Shown: one piece after another, positions 11,145-24,707 of the stretch
Position numbering within the stretch: the first letter of the stretch is position 1
How the letters are laid out: each line of letters begins with the position of its first letter
Source: Octopus vulgaris
Taxonomy: Eukaryota
NCBI GenBank assembly: GCA_951406725.2
Contig: OX597838.1
Location: 31,744,001-31,808,000, forward strand
DNA: 64,000 bases
Direction: 5' to 3'
Made by a program: the position numbers and the translations under genes
Notes under the pieces: generated by a model
The model's database searches: none
What the model saw: only the letters and a program-made list of their open reading frames with translations
What the model was told of the DNA's origin: nothing

Positions 11145-13076
11145 TTGGAGGGGTGGCTAGTCAATTACATCAACCCTAGTGCTCAACTGATCCCTATTTT
11201 ATCAACCCTAGAAGGATGAAAGCTAAAATCAACCTCAGTCATATTTGAAATGAGAATGTAAAAGCAGAAGAAATGCTACAAAATATTTTGTCTGGCTTAC
11301 TAACAATCCTGCCATGTCACTGCCCTATAATAATAATAATAATAATAATAACAACAACAACAACAATCCTTTCTACTAAAGGCACAAGGCCTGAAATTTT
11401 TGGGGAAGGGACTGATCGATTTCATCGACCCCAGTGTAGAACTGGTACTTACTGTAAAAACCCATGTAATTTGTACACCTGTGTAATCTATGCAGGTGAT
11501 TTTCAGGATAAAATTTGTTGAAAAAAGCTTCTACTCATGTAAAATTTGTACCCAAAAGTTTTCAGAATTGCCAATATAGCCAGGGGAAAAAGGTTTTCAA
11601 TTTAGTTATATGTAGCATAATTTCACTTGCTTATGATTAGATTTTATTAAATTTTTGTTAAATAAAAATAATTTCTGTTTAACGGATATCACATTGAAAG
11701 CTGTTAAATTATAAAGTGTTTGTGTTGTTTATAATAAACTTTATTTTACATTTCTTGCCCACAAGAGATTATGTTTGATCTTCAGCATTCTTCTGTATGT
11801 CTTCTCAAATCACGATCACGGAAAAAGTTAAGAATTACCAAGAAAAACAAAACTGATAAATACACACAGGTGTTGCAAATTAAGTTTAATTACCAATAAA
11901 CATCAGCTTGGATGACACTTTACTCAACCGACAGAGTAAGGTGACCGATCAAACTGATTATGTAAACAGAATTCTTTTCCCCCCCTATTCTTGTGGGAAC
12001 CTTTGATATGGAGTATTGAAATTTTAATCCCTTTTACTCTTATAAAATGTTAAGCAAACTTTAATATTTGTCATTACTGTTATTGTCAGTATGGGCAGAA
12101 ATTATGAATCATTTACTGCGAAAGAGAAATTAAATATGTTGAATATGTGTTTGAATGTGGCAATAGAGCTGCTGGGAGGCATTTTAATGTTAATGAAGCT
12201 AATGTTCAAAATTGGCACAAACAGTATGACAAACTTAAAACTGTGCTTGGTAATAGACAGACAAAACTAAAAACATACAATCAAAATTATCTATATCATT
12301 ACATTTTTTCTGTCTGGAATATCCATATTACTATGTATGTCAGTGGTGCTCCATTGCGTTAGGAAGAAACTCCAAGCAATGTAAAATAAACGTCAGACTT
12401 CAAAAAGTAGTTAACCATTTAATGGTTTTAGTAAATTTATACAGAAAAAGTAAGCATTATACTGTCCAGCATAAATAAAAGTCAGCTTCCTTATATTTAA
12501 GCCATTATTTTTTCTGTAAAAACCTATTCTGACATTAAATGAGTTAACTTCTGGTACAAATGTTTACGTTTTGTACATCTTTTTCCAACAAAAAAATTTC
12601 AAAAAAATTTCTGGAAATGATTTACTCATAGTTTATGTACCTAAAGTTTATTTTTGTTTTTGTGAAGGAAGTGCGTAAATTACAGGAGTTTTTAAGGTAT
12701 TTTATTGACCCCCAAAAAGATGAAAGCAAAGTCAACCTCAGTGGAATTTGAACTCGGAAAGTAAGGATGGATGAAATGTCACTAAGCATTTTGCCTGGTG
12801 TGCTAACGATTCTGTCAGCTCACCACCTTTACAATAATAATAATGATAATAATAATAACAATCCTTTCTACCAAAAGCACAAGGCTTCAAATTTGGAGGA
12901 AGGGATTAAGTCAATTATATTGACCCCCAGTGCATAACTGGTACTAATTTTATTGATCCCGAAAGGATGAAAAGCAAAGTTGACCTCGGCGGAATTTGAA
13001 CTCAGAACGTAACGGCAGACAAAATACAGCTACGCATTTCGCCCGGCATGCTAACGATTCTGCCAGCTCGTTGCCT
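11145..13076 (-). mobile_element. Chain of three family A SINEs (about 11145-11325, 11365-12830, 12860-13076); the middle one is split by the pogo element
   Basis: Repeated gaccccagtg..actggtactt..gaaaggatgaaag.caaagt..acctc..ggaatttgaactc, joined by (aat)n/(aac)n. Confidence 0.85.
11452..12697 (+). mobile_element. pogo/Tigger-type (Tc1-mariner) internally deleted DNA transposon with Brinker-type DBD remnant
   Basis: Imperfect ~27-bp TIRs (ctgtaaaaacccatgtaatttgtacac / gtgcgtaaattacaggagtttttaagg); TA duplicated at 11450-11451 and 12698-12699; SINE A resumes on both sides; ATG at 12091 MGRNYESFTAKEKL/EYVFECGNRAAGRHFNVNEANVQNWHKQ resembles the BrkDBD of POGK-like transposases. Confidence 0.85.
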
Positions 13077-13089
13077 TAATAATAATAAT

Positions 13090-13472
13090 GATGATGATGA
13101 TGATCATCATCATCGTTTAGCATCCGTTTTCCATGCTAGCATGGGTTGGACGGTTCTACTGGGGTCTGTGAAGCCAGAAGGCTTCATCAGGCCCAGTCAA
13201 AACTGGCAGTGTTTCTACGGCTGGATGCCCTTCCTAACGCCAACCACTCCGTGAGTGTAGTTGGTGCTTTTTACGTGCCACCTGCACAGGTGCCAGACAG
13301 AGCAGGCAAACGGCCACAAACGGATGGTGCTTTTTATGTGCCACCGGCAGGAGGGCCAGTCGAGGCTGGCAATGGACATGAATGGATGGTGCTTTTTACG
13401 TGCCACCGGCACGAGGCCAGTCGGGGCAGCGCTGGCAACGGTCACGAAACGGAAGGTTCTCTTACATGCCAC
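13090..13472 (-). mobile_element. Family C retroposon with about four internal repeats
   Basis: (cat)n tail, ggatgcccttcctaacgccaacc, repeated ggatggtgctttttacgtgccacc. Confidence 0.9.
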
Positions 13473-14310
13473 GATGATAATAATTCAGCATTAGCTGTTA
13501 AAATGTTGCTTTGTTGAAATGAAGCTTAAAATGCACACGAATACACTTAGAATATAGCTATGACTGCTGAAGTTGTACTTTCTCAAGACATATTCAGTTT
13601 ATATTCAGCTTTAAACAATTTCTCTACATACTTTTGGACACATAAGACCGATTGAAATTTCTTTGCTTGTCGGTGTTGTTTGTGCTCAGTGAACCATATC
13701 CAGAATCCGGTTTGAAGCACTTTCTTTTCTCATGTGTCAGACTTTAGTTATAAACATATTGCAACAACCTTTCAGAATCACCACAAATATACAGCTGTTG
13801 TCATTGTTGTTGTTTAACTATAGCTTGCAGTTTAATGTTGACTGAGGAAACCATGCAATCAAAAGAATTCTAGGAAATGACTCCTATCCTGTATTTTTAG
13901 GGTTTATCTAGGGCTACATAATCCACTGTGTTTTGAAGACGGTGAGGTGTGATTCGAGGAAGGTTTGGTTGATATTTCCAGCAAGTCATGTAACCATGTA
14001 GAGACACCTTCGGTGACTAATAGAGCATTGTGTGTTAAAGTGGGTTGGGCTATTAGGAGACAGACGGGTGGAGTGGAGTAAAATATAGGTCAGTGGTAGT
14101 CCATTGGTTGGAGAGTTGCACCATAGGAGAGACAGGGATGTAATATAGATCAGTGGTTGACTAGTAGTCAGAGTTAGGAGGGAGAGTATGGCAGAGGTAG
14201 GTGAATGGAAGAACATTGGCTTGAAACAGTATGTATGATTGAGTGTTGCGTTAGTACCTACTGAATTTTTTGTGTTGGAAGAAAGGACCAGACCCTGTCA
14301 TAATAATAAT

Positions 14311-14900
14311 AATCCTTTCTACTATAGGTACAAGGCCTGAAATTTTTGGTAGGGGATAGTTGATTTCATTGACCCCAGTGTCTCACTGGTACTTAATTTA
14401 TCGACCCCCGAAAGGATGAAAGGCAAAGTTGACCTTGGTGGAATTTGAACTCAGAACGTTGCAGCAGATGAAATACCACTAAGCATTTTGCCTGGTGTAC
14501 TCACCACCTTAATAATAATAATAATAATAATAATAATTAGTAATATAGACATGGGTTTAGAAATTTAGTGGAGGGATGGAGTTGGTTAACTTGATTCGAG
14601 TACTTATTTAATTGAATCTGGAAGGATGAAAGGCAAAGTTGTCCTTGACAGAATTTGAACTCAGAACATACAGGACCATGTTTAAATACTGCAAGACATT
14701 CTCTCTGTCACTCTATTGATTATGTCCAAAGTCAGCAATTTGGAAGATAAGTTAGTTGATTAAATTGACCCCAGTACTTGACTGGTACTTCAGTTCTTGA
14801 CCTTGAGGGAAGGAAAGGTAAAGTTGACTTCATTGGGATTTCAATTCAGGTGGTAAAGAGCCAGTTCAAGCACCACAAGGCATTTTGTTTGATGCTCCAA
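14311..14900 (-). mobile_element. Chain of three family A SINEs of increasing divergence
   Basis: aaggatgaaaggcaaagttg at about 14412, 14622 and 14810. Confidence 0.8.
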
Positions 14901-15614
14901 CTCTGTTTATCTCTCCCTCAGTGGCCCAGAACAAGAAATGGGTCTGACAAGTTTATGAAATGCTCATCAGTTAAACATTACTTATTGAGGTGAATTATAC
15001 CTAATGATGTTACCTATCTACAGCCAGATGTACTGAGTCATTGGAAGTTAAGTTTCTTGGTCAGGGGCACAGAACAGCATCTATGATGCCACAGACACTT
15101 CGATAGCACATTGGGATTCTCGGTGCCAGTCACTGGCATAACCCCTAAATTATTCATCCGGGCATGAAAGCAGGTTGGGGTACTGTCCCTCCTCATATTA
15201 ATTTGCACAAAAATAAAATATAGAACAACAAATATTGTTGCTATCTTTTTTTTTTCAGACTTTTGAACTTGTCTCAATAATATATTGCCAAAACTACAAT
15301 CCACCCTATTCCTTTCCTATACGATTAAAGACTATCCAGTTATGACCATCCTATGTCTTTGTATAGCAGAGATTATGTTATCAAATGTGTCCTTTTTAAA
15401 AGAGTGTAGGGTATCATTTGATTAGGATTCAGCATTAATGTCAACCGTGTGGAGTATTATAATAACTTTGTCTCTTATACATAAGGAATCTGTCATGCAG
15501 AGAGGAGTGACTGTTGGTAGTCATGGTGGTGGTGTTGGCTATAGAGACAAGGATGATGATGATGAAAGGGAGTAGGGGAGAGATGTTTGTTATTAGAGTT
15601 GTTGTGTAAGTTAA

Positions 15615-15797
15615 CCCTTTAGCATATAAACTGGTTCAAATCACACAGATCTAGTCTCTTACACTTACCCTACAATGTCATTCTAAAATTAAACAATCCC
15701 GATCTCAAACCTAGGAGATAATGCACGACTAATTGAAAACAACATGAATAAATAATTATTAAATGTGATGACAGAGTAATCTCTGAATGCTAAAGGA
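15615..15797 (+). mobile_element. piggyBac-type MITE, subfamily E1
   Basis: TTAA-ccctttagca ... tgctaaagga-TTAA. Confidence 0.8.
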
Positions 15798-15799
15798 TT

Positions 15800-16012
15800 A
15801 AGGTGGTGAGCTGGCAGAATAGTTAGCATACTGGACAAAATGGTTAACGGCATATGTTCTGAGTTCAAATTCCATCAAGGTTGACTTTGCCTTTCATCCT
15901 TTCAGGGTCGATAATGTAAGTACCAGTGGAGCACAGGAGCGGGGTGTGGCAATGTAATCAACTTATCCCTTCTCCTAAAATTGCTGGCGTTGTGTCAAAA
16001 TTTGAAACCATT
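15800..16012 (+). mobile_element. SINE family A
   Basis: aaggtggtgagctggcagaa...gcctttcatcctttcagggtcgat. Confidence 0.85.
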
Positions 16013-16746
16013 ACAACTGTTGTGTAGGTTGGTGGTGGTGGTGAGTAAAATTTGGAATAAACACTTAGACATGTGTCACACATCAATGATTTCAACTTTG
16101 ATATGCCAGATTATAATGAAGCTTAAACTCTGAAGATTTTATGGAAGACAGTCATGTTTTTTTAGTACAAAATAGAGACTGATTAAACTTTCATAAAATT
16201 AGTTAAAACAAAATCTGATTGATTTAATTTTATTTTCATTATACATTGTCAGACACCTTGAAAAATTAGCTGACATTTAAATTAAACATGAACTACAATA
16301 TGTTGATATAACACTACTTATATGTATTCTTAGATTTTGTGGTGATTTCTCAGAGAAGATGAAAAATTCCTGTTTTCCATAGTAGTGGTAGTGATGGTAA
16401 CTGAAATTTATATTTTGAAAAATTGTCTCTGATTTAATGCATGGCTAAGACTGAACTTAACGATTCTCTTTGTAAATTTCAACATTTAAAAAGTGACTGT
16501 TACATTGTTTATTGGTGGCAGTGATGGTGGTGGAGGAGGTGATATTTGTTTCTTTGTTGTCGGAGTGGTGGTGGTGATGGTGGTGGTGGTGGTGGTGTTG
16601 GTTTCTAGTGGTAGTGGCAGTTATAGGTAGTAGTAGTATAGCTATAGCAACATTGTTCTCTTTTCTTTTTTTTTTTTCTTTTTACTATTCATTACAGTGA
16701 TTTTATATAACGAAGATAAATTTCCACAGATTTGACTTGTTCATCG

Positions 16747-16812
16747 AAATGGTATAGAATATTGATTTAAATGGCATAAAGTATTGATCTAAATGGTATA
16801 GAATATTGATCA
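16747..16812. repeat. Three copies of a ~22-bp tandem unit
   Basis: aaatggtatagaatattgatt / aaatggcataaagtattgatc / aaatggtatagaatattgatc. Confidence 0.75.
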
Positions 16813-18253
16813 AAATAGTAAAAGTTAGTTCTTTTTTTTGTTCTGAGTTCAAATCCTGCTAAAGTGCTTTATCCCTCTATCAGCAAAAAAGTTAGTACCA
16901 GTTATATACTGTTGTTAATTCAATTAACTGTCTCTCCCTGTGGAAAATTTATTTTACATGGGTCTACAGTGAAGTGTCTATACAATCACCGGACCTGCAA
17001 GAAATAACAATCAAAGTCCTTTGAAACTGCACTTTACCATACTTAAAAATAAAGGACTTGTGTAGTTCCAGATAGATTGTTTGAAAATAAGATGTGATAG
17101 CCGTGGATGGAATACTTTGGTAATAGAGGTTTGCTCGATCAGATTTGACCTGGGTCGAACTACTAAATTTATATTGAAATCGTTAATCTTCCAGACTATT
17201 AACCTCATCGTTAGAGTTTATATTTATAATATATCTCCACTTATCTGTTTCAATGAGTTTAATCTACAGTCACCGTCATCGTCGTCTGAGCATCAAACTG
17301 ATCAATAAATAGTGTAAATATACACTCTAACCATGAAGTTATTGGCCCGGAAAATTATAATCTTGTTATGACTATCTTGTTGCTGAAGACTGTGTTTTTG
17401 GAATTGCTTTCACCTCATTCTTGGCAGTCATATCATTTATTTCCCTCCGAATGTTCCTTCAACTCCAGTTAGATATTCTGTAAAGAACAGGAATTGTATT
17501 TTATTTTATTTTATTTTTTTCTGTTTGATCAAAAAGAAGACAACATTAGTGGCATAGTGGATGTGAAGGCTGTCAATCAGTTCTGCTAAGCACGCATAAG
17601 CCTATACAACAAACACAGCAGGGTTTCTTACTCATATTTCACACATACACCTACAAATTCTTCAGTTCACACTAAACACATCAAGCTTTCTAAGCCATTT
17701 CACACATACAACTCCACATTTTTCGTATTCTCAGGAGCCAAAATTGACTGATCAAGTTACAGATGAACCAATTATTTCATCTATTGATTTTGTCCCTCAC
17801 CTCTCTCTGTCTGTCTCTCTCTCGCTTGATTTGTGTCTTTTTTTAATTTTTGTTTTTGATATTGGCATAAAATATTGGTACAGAAGAACAGTTGTAGAAC
17901 ATTTAAACTGTGAACCACATCTTTATTGCAAAAACAAAATGTCCAAAATAGACATAATAGCTTGCAAAGTAAATAGAGCTAATAGTTTGAAAAAAAAAAA
18001 AAAAAAAAAGAAAGAAAGGTAGCAAACTGATCCTTGTATTGACTAGTTGTTGTCTGAGGAAAGAGTTCACACCCAAGCATGAAGTGTCTGGGGTATAACC
18101 CTAAATTACATTACTCACTTATCTAATGCCATTATCTCTCGGCTGTACAACCAATGATATATTGCACCTATGGAGTTTTATGAGTTTCCCAAACATTGAA
18201 GCTAGGTTATAAACTGAATTATATTGTTATATTAAATTAATATGCACATACTT

Positions 18254-18306
<53 letters not shown>

Positions 18307-19113
18307 GTATGTGTTTGTAAATGTTTGGTAAGTACAGGCGTGGCTGTGTGGTTAAAAAGTTTGCTTCCCAACTGTGTGGGTTTAGGTTCAGTCTCATTGC
18401 ACAGCACCTTGGGTATTTCCTAACCAAAGCCATGTTAGTAGATTGGGTAGAGAGAACTGAAAAAGGTCCATCATACATGTGTGTGTGTGTTTACATTTGC
18501 ACTTCTCTGAAAGCACTGAGCTGCATGCAATGATATGTTGCCGTTTTCCATGTCTACAAAGCATCTGCTGGCTTTGCATCTTCAAAGATGTGTGGAATAA
18601 GAGATCTCTTGAAAAGCTGGTAAGAATTAGCAACAGGAAGGATATCTGGCTCTAATGCAATACCTCCATAATGCATTTGTCTAACCTAATCAAGCATGGA
18701 AAAAGGGACATGTAAACAAGTGGAATTATAATTAATATCTTTAGCTGAATGAAATTTTGTAAGGTGGTGCATATTGCCCTGAGTTCTTGTTATGTAAAGT
18801 TGTAACGTAGAGGAGGGAATAGAAATTGATTCTGAAATAAGCACTGTGATCAAATATTATCATAAGATGATGTATGCATACAACCATTATGTTCAAAGAC
18901 CTCATATATGTGTGTATGTGTGTATATATATATACATACATACATGCAACATATGTGTGCACATGTACATGTCTTTCTATCATATGTGGACACATGAAAC
19001 CTTGTTTTCACTCTTGTCTATCAAAATGGTTGAGTTACCTCTATAACTGGAACTATGATTGAATAATGGTGAATATATTCATATGAAATCATTGATATTA
19101 ATACTACTATTAA

Positions 19114-19336
19114 CCCTTTAGCATTTAAACCGGCCATATCCGGCCAAAAATATTCTACCTGTTTTATGTTCAAACTGGCCAGATCTGGTCTCTCACACCA
19201 ACCCTACAATATCGTTTTAAAAATTAACAGCTACCTCATCAAAATCTCATAGCTACAGGATAATGTATAATTTTATTTCAAAACAAAGTGGATAAAGAAG
19301 CATTAATTTTGGCAGAATAATGCGAACACTAAAGGG
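19114..19336 (+). mobile_element. piggyBac-type MITE, subfamily E2
   Basis: TTAA (19110-19113) ccctttag ... ctaaaggg TTAA (19337-19340). Confidence 0.9.
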
Positions 19337-19484
19337 TTAAAGGAAATTATTCATCTACCAATGTTGGCCACTTGCTCTTTATATTCTGGGTCTCCATCAT
19401 AACCCCTTCTCCTGGATCACATTACCTACTCTCATTGCCCTATCTTTTTTGGCCATGTTGCCTTCACTCTATGTACATGTCTTT

Positions 19485-19825
19485 TATTCTTTCATTTGTT
19501 TCAGTCATTAGACTGTGGCCATGCTGGAGCACCACCTTGAAGAATTTTTAGTTGAATGAACCTATCCCAGTAGGCTTTTTTTTAAAAGCCTAGTACTTAT
19601 TCTATTCATCTCTCTTGCCAAACCACTAAGTTACACTGACACTGGTTGTTAAGCAGTGGTGACACACACACACACAACAAGCTTCTTTCAGTTTCCATCT
19701 ACCAAATCCACTCACAAGGCTTTGGTCAACATGAGTAGTAATAGAAGACACTTGCCCAAGGTGCCACGCAATAGAACTGAACCCAGAACCATGTGGTTGG
19801 GAAGCAAGCTTCTTACAGACAGCCT
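19485..19825 (-). mobile_element. SINE family B, older copy
   Basis: gtttcagtcattagactgtggccatgctggagcacc...agacacttgcccaagg. Confidence 0.85.
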
Positions 19826-20819
19826 TGAATATTCTTATCACCTGTATTTCTTACCACTTGTCATTATCATTCATACCACTATCTTTCATGCTTCTATCGC
19901 ATTAAGAGTACATATATCTGTGGGATATCCAGCCACCTGTGAAGGCCTGAATTGGTTGGTGATAGGAGCAAGAGGAGGAGGGTAGCAACAGTCATTGGGG
20001 GTAGAGACAGGAAGGAAATGGTGGTCAGTAGCAGAGATGGACATAGCAAGAGTGGGTGATGGACAGGTCCTCTTTGGGAAAACTTGTTTTATGTTTGCTT
20101 GATTGAGGATAACACTGCAGAAGACATCCCATCCCCTTCCTTGAAGAAAGTAGAAGCAGACAGAGAAAAAAAGAAGGAAGGAAGACATGTTCTGTAGAAA
20201 AACACCCAATGAATAAATATCTCTGTTAGTTGAATTAAGATGTGCTTTGTAAGGTTCTTGTGTCTCAGCATGTATGTGTATGTATGTATATATATATATG
20301 TGTGTGTGTGTGTAATAATAAAAACCACAAAGAGCCTTGTGAAATACACGTATGTATATATGTATGTATATCTTCCCCTCCCTGGTAGAATGAATACACA
20401 GAGATTGAAAGATGGAGTTAGTTTTGTCTGTGAGAGACACTTCTCAGATTTCTCATGGATATTAGATTAATATCTTTGTTTATACATAGCTAAAAGGTTC
20501 TAAATTCCTGTCTGGAAACTCTGTATTAGCATTAACCATTTATAGAATCTCGACTACCCACTGTGAGACCATTTTCTTTGATAAGCTTTGCATTATGTTC
20601 CTCAATTGTTTAGTCATAAGGCAGCTGTTTATATCTTTATTTATAACTCACTTTGTAACAATTCTTTTTGAATATATTTTCATTATTATGCATGAGATAT
20701 CCAATCAACTGAAAAATAAATCCATTATGTCTTCTCAACCACCATAGCAACAACAACAACAACAATAAGAGCAGCAGCATCAATTATTATAACAGATGCA
20801 ATAACAATATCAACAACAG

Positions 20820-21190
20820 AGTCTCCATGTGGCTGCTTGACCTGCTAGAACTACTAGTCAAATCTCCCACAAATCACTTCCTATCCTCTTTTAAAAGGTG
20901 ACAGACACATTGGATGATGTCATTGTGGATATCCAGAAAGATACAAGATGGCCACAGCTTGAATCATCATCATCATCATCATCATCGTTTAACGTCCGTT
21001 TTCCGTGCTAGCACGGGTTGGACGGTTCGACCGGGGTCTGGGAAGCCAGGGGCTGCACCAGGCTCCAGTCTGATCTGGCAGAGTTTCTACAGCTGGATGC
21101 CCTTCCTAACGCCAACCACTCCGCGAGTGTAGTGGGTAGGTCAGCTCATTCAGAATTAAATCTCAGTGCTAAACAACTAGATAGCAACAA
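20820..21190 (+). mobile_element. Family H old SINE-like element ((caa)n tail) interrupted by a young family C copy (20964-21137, minus)
   Basis: gacctgctagaa..caaatctccc.caaatcac motif recurs at about 13950, 16995, 24920, 25200, 46035, 47860, 53250 and 55070. Confidence 0.7.
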
Positions 21191-21761
21191 CCACAGCGGT
21201 AGCATCAACAACATCAATGGTAATCATAGCCACAACAACAATAACAATAACAACTACAACATCAGTAACATCAACAATAACAAGAGCCAGTAGCAACAAA
21301 AACTTCTGATGTCACCGAAGCTCTGGGAGGCTTTTAAGGACCACTGCTTAGCCCTAGTTTCCTGACCTGAAGCAAATCAGAGATAAATCTGCTACCCTTG
21401 CCCCTTACACTACTAGATTGGCCTCCATCTTGTTACAAGTAAATATTCCTCCCTTGGCTTTTTGATCTTGTTTGGCCTAAGAGCAATGCCTGTACCTCAA
21501 CTTGTGTACAGTACTGCCAACGATGACTCTGTGCCTACATGCATACCCTACCAATAATAGCCGTGTTCCTACCCCCACCTCCTTCTGTATACCTCCTGCA
21601 GCATTGGGCATGTCCTTCCATGCCATCCATGTTATCTTTTGTTCTGAATTAGTCATGCTCCATGCACTGATTATTGATGCTGCTTGCTGCTGCAACATGA
21701 CACAGTTTAAAACCACAGAATTGGAGAAAAGAAAGGAAAACAAAAAACACACAGAACATTT

Positions 21762-21795
<34 letters not shown>

Positions 21796-22943
21796 GAGGC
21801 TAAGACATTGATTTTAATGAGTGTTAATTATTCTGTTACATCGTTCAACTGTATCTCTATTAGCATCCAGTTAACATCTTCTGGCATTGATCCAAACTAC
21901 TTCCCTCGCACAGTATCTCACCTTGATCCACAACGATGCCTCACATCACTACCTTACCACTCTTCCCTTTCCTCATCATCCTCCCCCTCTCTCTCTCACA
22001 CACACACACTTTTCTCCCCCCCCCCCCCCCGCATTTTGGTACTACCCTCTCCCCTAACATCTCAATTCTCCACATTCCTTTGTCCCTACATCTCACTTAA
22101 CAACCCAGCCCCCACTTCTCTCCCACCAACACCCCTCGCATTACGACCTCTTTTTATTTTTAACTCCCACTTCAACCCTTCATTCCACTTCCCACACCTC
22201 ACCATCCCAACACTCTTCCTCACTCCTACATACATTTTCCTTCCTCTTCAGCCCTTTCATAGTCATCCCTCTTCACCATCATCCTACCTCACTTATTAAA
22301 CACCCTGTTCTTCATTACTGATGTATTAAAGCCATATAAAACGGGAGAAGGACCTTTGACTTTGCTTCTAATGAAGGATGTAACTGAGATTTTTAACTTT
22401 TATTATTAGTCAGAGGAGGAAGGTCATGGATCCTTTTAGGGTTTTTTGTGAAACTTGTTAGAGGAAGGGACTAGGGACCTCATCTAAATGTTTGCAATAG
22501 AATGGATTCTGCTAACAGCACCCAAAGATCAGGTAGTGGTGTTAGACCAGGTAATGGAGTGCATCTATCCCCAAAGAATAAGAATGGCCCCTCTCAGAGA
22601 CCTATACTATTTCCATCATCCAAATTTCTTCAGTAAAGCTTTTAGTCAAAGATACTGTATCCATAGTGCCATACAGTGGGTTTGCTTATGAAACCATATC
22701 GTACAGGTTGCTAACTTCTGTGGTTGACTTGGCATGCAAGCAAAACCTAATTATTGCTCAATATACCTTTTAGGTAACATCACAACGATGCTGATGCTGA
22801 TGTTTTGCTGTTCCTCCTTTGCTGAAGGACATTGTCAGATATGTTGTCTTGACCCACTTGTTAGAAGTCAATGTGTGCCTCAGCAGGTTGTGACATTTGT
22901 GATGACCCCACTCCCACCCCCAAGGTTTTATATCAGACTTTTC

Positions 22944-23362
22944 GGATCTTTTCAGTTTGAACGGCAGTTTTTAACATAATTTCTAGGTAACTAAAAAAAT
23001 TTTTAACTTCGTATACTGGTAGAATGTGTTTATAAAACATCTTTTTCTCTTGGCTTTATTGAGAAAATTCTATAGTTTGTAAGATATTTGTTGTTTTTTT
23101 TTTCTTCAATTTCTGCAATTTCAACCAATCACTGACGTCCATTGAGGTAAAATACATTCTGTGCCGTATGAATATGTCCCTCGTTTAAGAAACAGATTGG
23201 GTTTATTTACATTTGTGAAGAAAAAATGATACCCTTCCCCCCACCCCTAACCCTAACCCGAAAACAGATTGAAATGCAATAGATTGATTCTAGGGTCATA
23301 ATTATGGGTGACAATTTCATATGACACCGCTAGAAAAACTGCCGTTTAAACCGAAAAGATCT
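22944..23362 (+). mobile_element. Merlin-like MITE with internal (CCCTAA)n
   Basis: ~28-bp TIR ggatcttttc(a/g)gtttgaacggcagtttt; degenerate 8-bp TSD gacttttc/gaatttcc; second copy at 30537. Confidence 0.8.
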
Positions 23363-23979
23363 GAATTTCCTTTTAAACAAATGCTGCACTGGCAGTTTAG
23401 TAGGTATATAACAATCAAGTTTAAGGTGGTTCAGTCTACAATGATTCTATCTATTGGTACAAGATAAAAATTTCTTTAAGGTGGAACACATTCAATTGAG
23501 CTGATCCCTTTATATTCTTGTTGGTAATTTTATTTACCACCAGTGACTGAGCAACAGTTTCCTATAGTAGGATTTGAACTCAGAACAGAGGTTCAGATGT
23601 TAATAGTGAAAGGTATGTTCTTTGGCACATTACTGTTTTTGCATTACATCATGCAACTCTGCTTTAAAGCCTCAAATTTATTGACTTTAGTTAATGAAGG
23701 GATCAGAATAAGGTTAATCAAGCCATCTTCAGTACATAACTGGTACAAGTGTCTTAATGACCTCCTCCTATTAGAGTGTGGGATAAAATTAACTACAACA
23801 GTATTCAAACTCAGAACAGAGGAGTGTGAGACTGCTGGGAAGTAACTGACAGCATGACCAGCCACCTGAGAATGCTCCACTGAATCAACTAACAAGGTGA
23901 TCAGTCAACCATATCTACTCACTGAACCAACTGACTGTATCTGAAGCATCCTAGTTTTTTTTAGTAATTTTGATTCAAA

Positions 23980-24382
23980 GGATATGGATGTACAACATGG
24001 ACTCTAACAAAGTGTATTGAAAAGATAATTGATGGAACTTATGCCAAAAAGCTTCAAGCTGCTCTGGACATCTCCTGGTAGGAAAGAATTTTTCTATGGT
24101 AATTTATCACTAATGTCACATGTCATCAAAGAAAGAAGAGCAAGATTCGCTGGACATTGCCGGAGAGTAAAGGATGAAATCATCAGTGATGTTCTTTTTT
24201 GGGAACTGATGCATGGGGGTGCAAATGTCGGTAGACCACATCAAACCTACATAAAGCAAACTTTGAGGATTCCAAGTGCATCTGAGAAGACCTACCATGT
24301 GCAATGGTGGGCTGAACAGACTGGAGAGAATGAGTCATGGTGGTCCATGCAGTAAGCTTGACCAGATAATGATGATGATGAT
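23980..24382 (+). mobile_element. RTE-X LINE 3' end
   Basis: YGCTTWTLTKCIEKIIDGTYAKKLQAALDISW* / IKERRARFAGHCRR..ISDVLFWELMHG..VGRPHQTYIK; (gat)n tail. Confidence 0.9.
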
Positions 24383-24554
24383 TCAAAAAAGGAATGCAGT
24401 GCAGTGGTTCTCAGTAGGATTTGAACTCATTACTGTAAATAGGTTGATGATGTGTTTGATGAATTTACAGTGTTACTGTTGCATATAGCACCTAGATACA
24501 GTGAGGTGGACTGGGCTATTTTGAAGTTAAATATCTTGACCCATGGACACAACC

Positions 24555-24707
24555 CAGTGCTCTGCAACCTTTTTCTTACTTGCTATACATTTATATTCTT
24601 TTCAAAATTTGGCGGCACACCTGAACTAAAAATACAAAAAACTTATATTTGGGTTACACTGTGGCACACCTAGCATCGTCTCATGGCACACGAGTTGCGG
24701 AGCACTG
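24555..24707. mobile_element. hAT-like MITE
   Basis: TIRs cagtgctctgcaac / gttgcggagcactg; subterminal ggcacac repeats; no clear 8-bp TSD. Confidence 0.55.
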
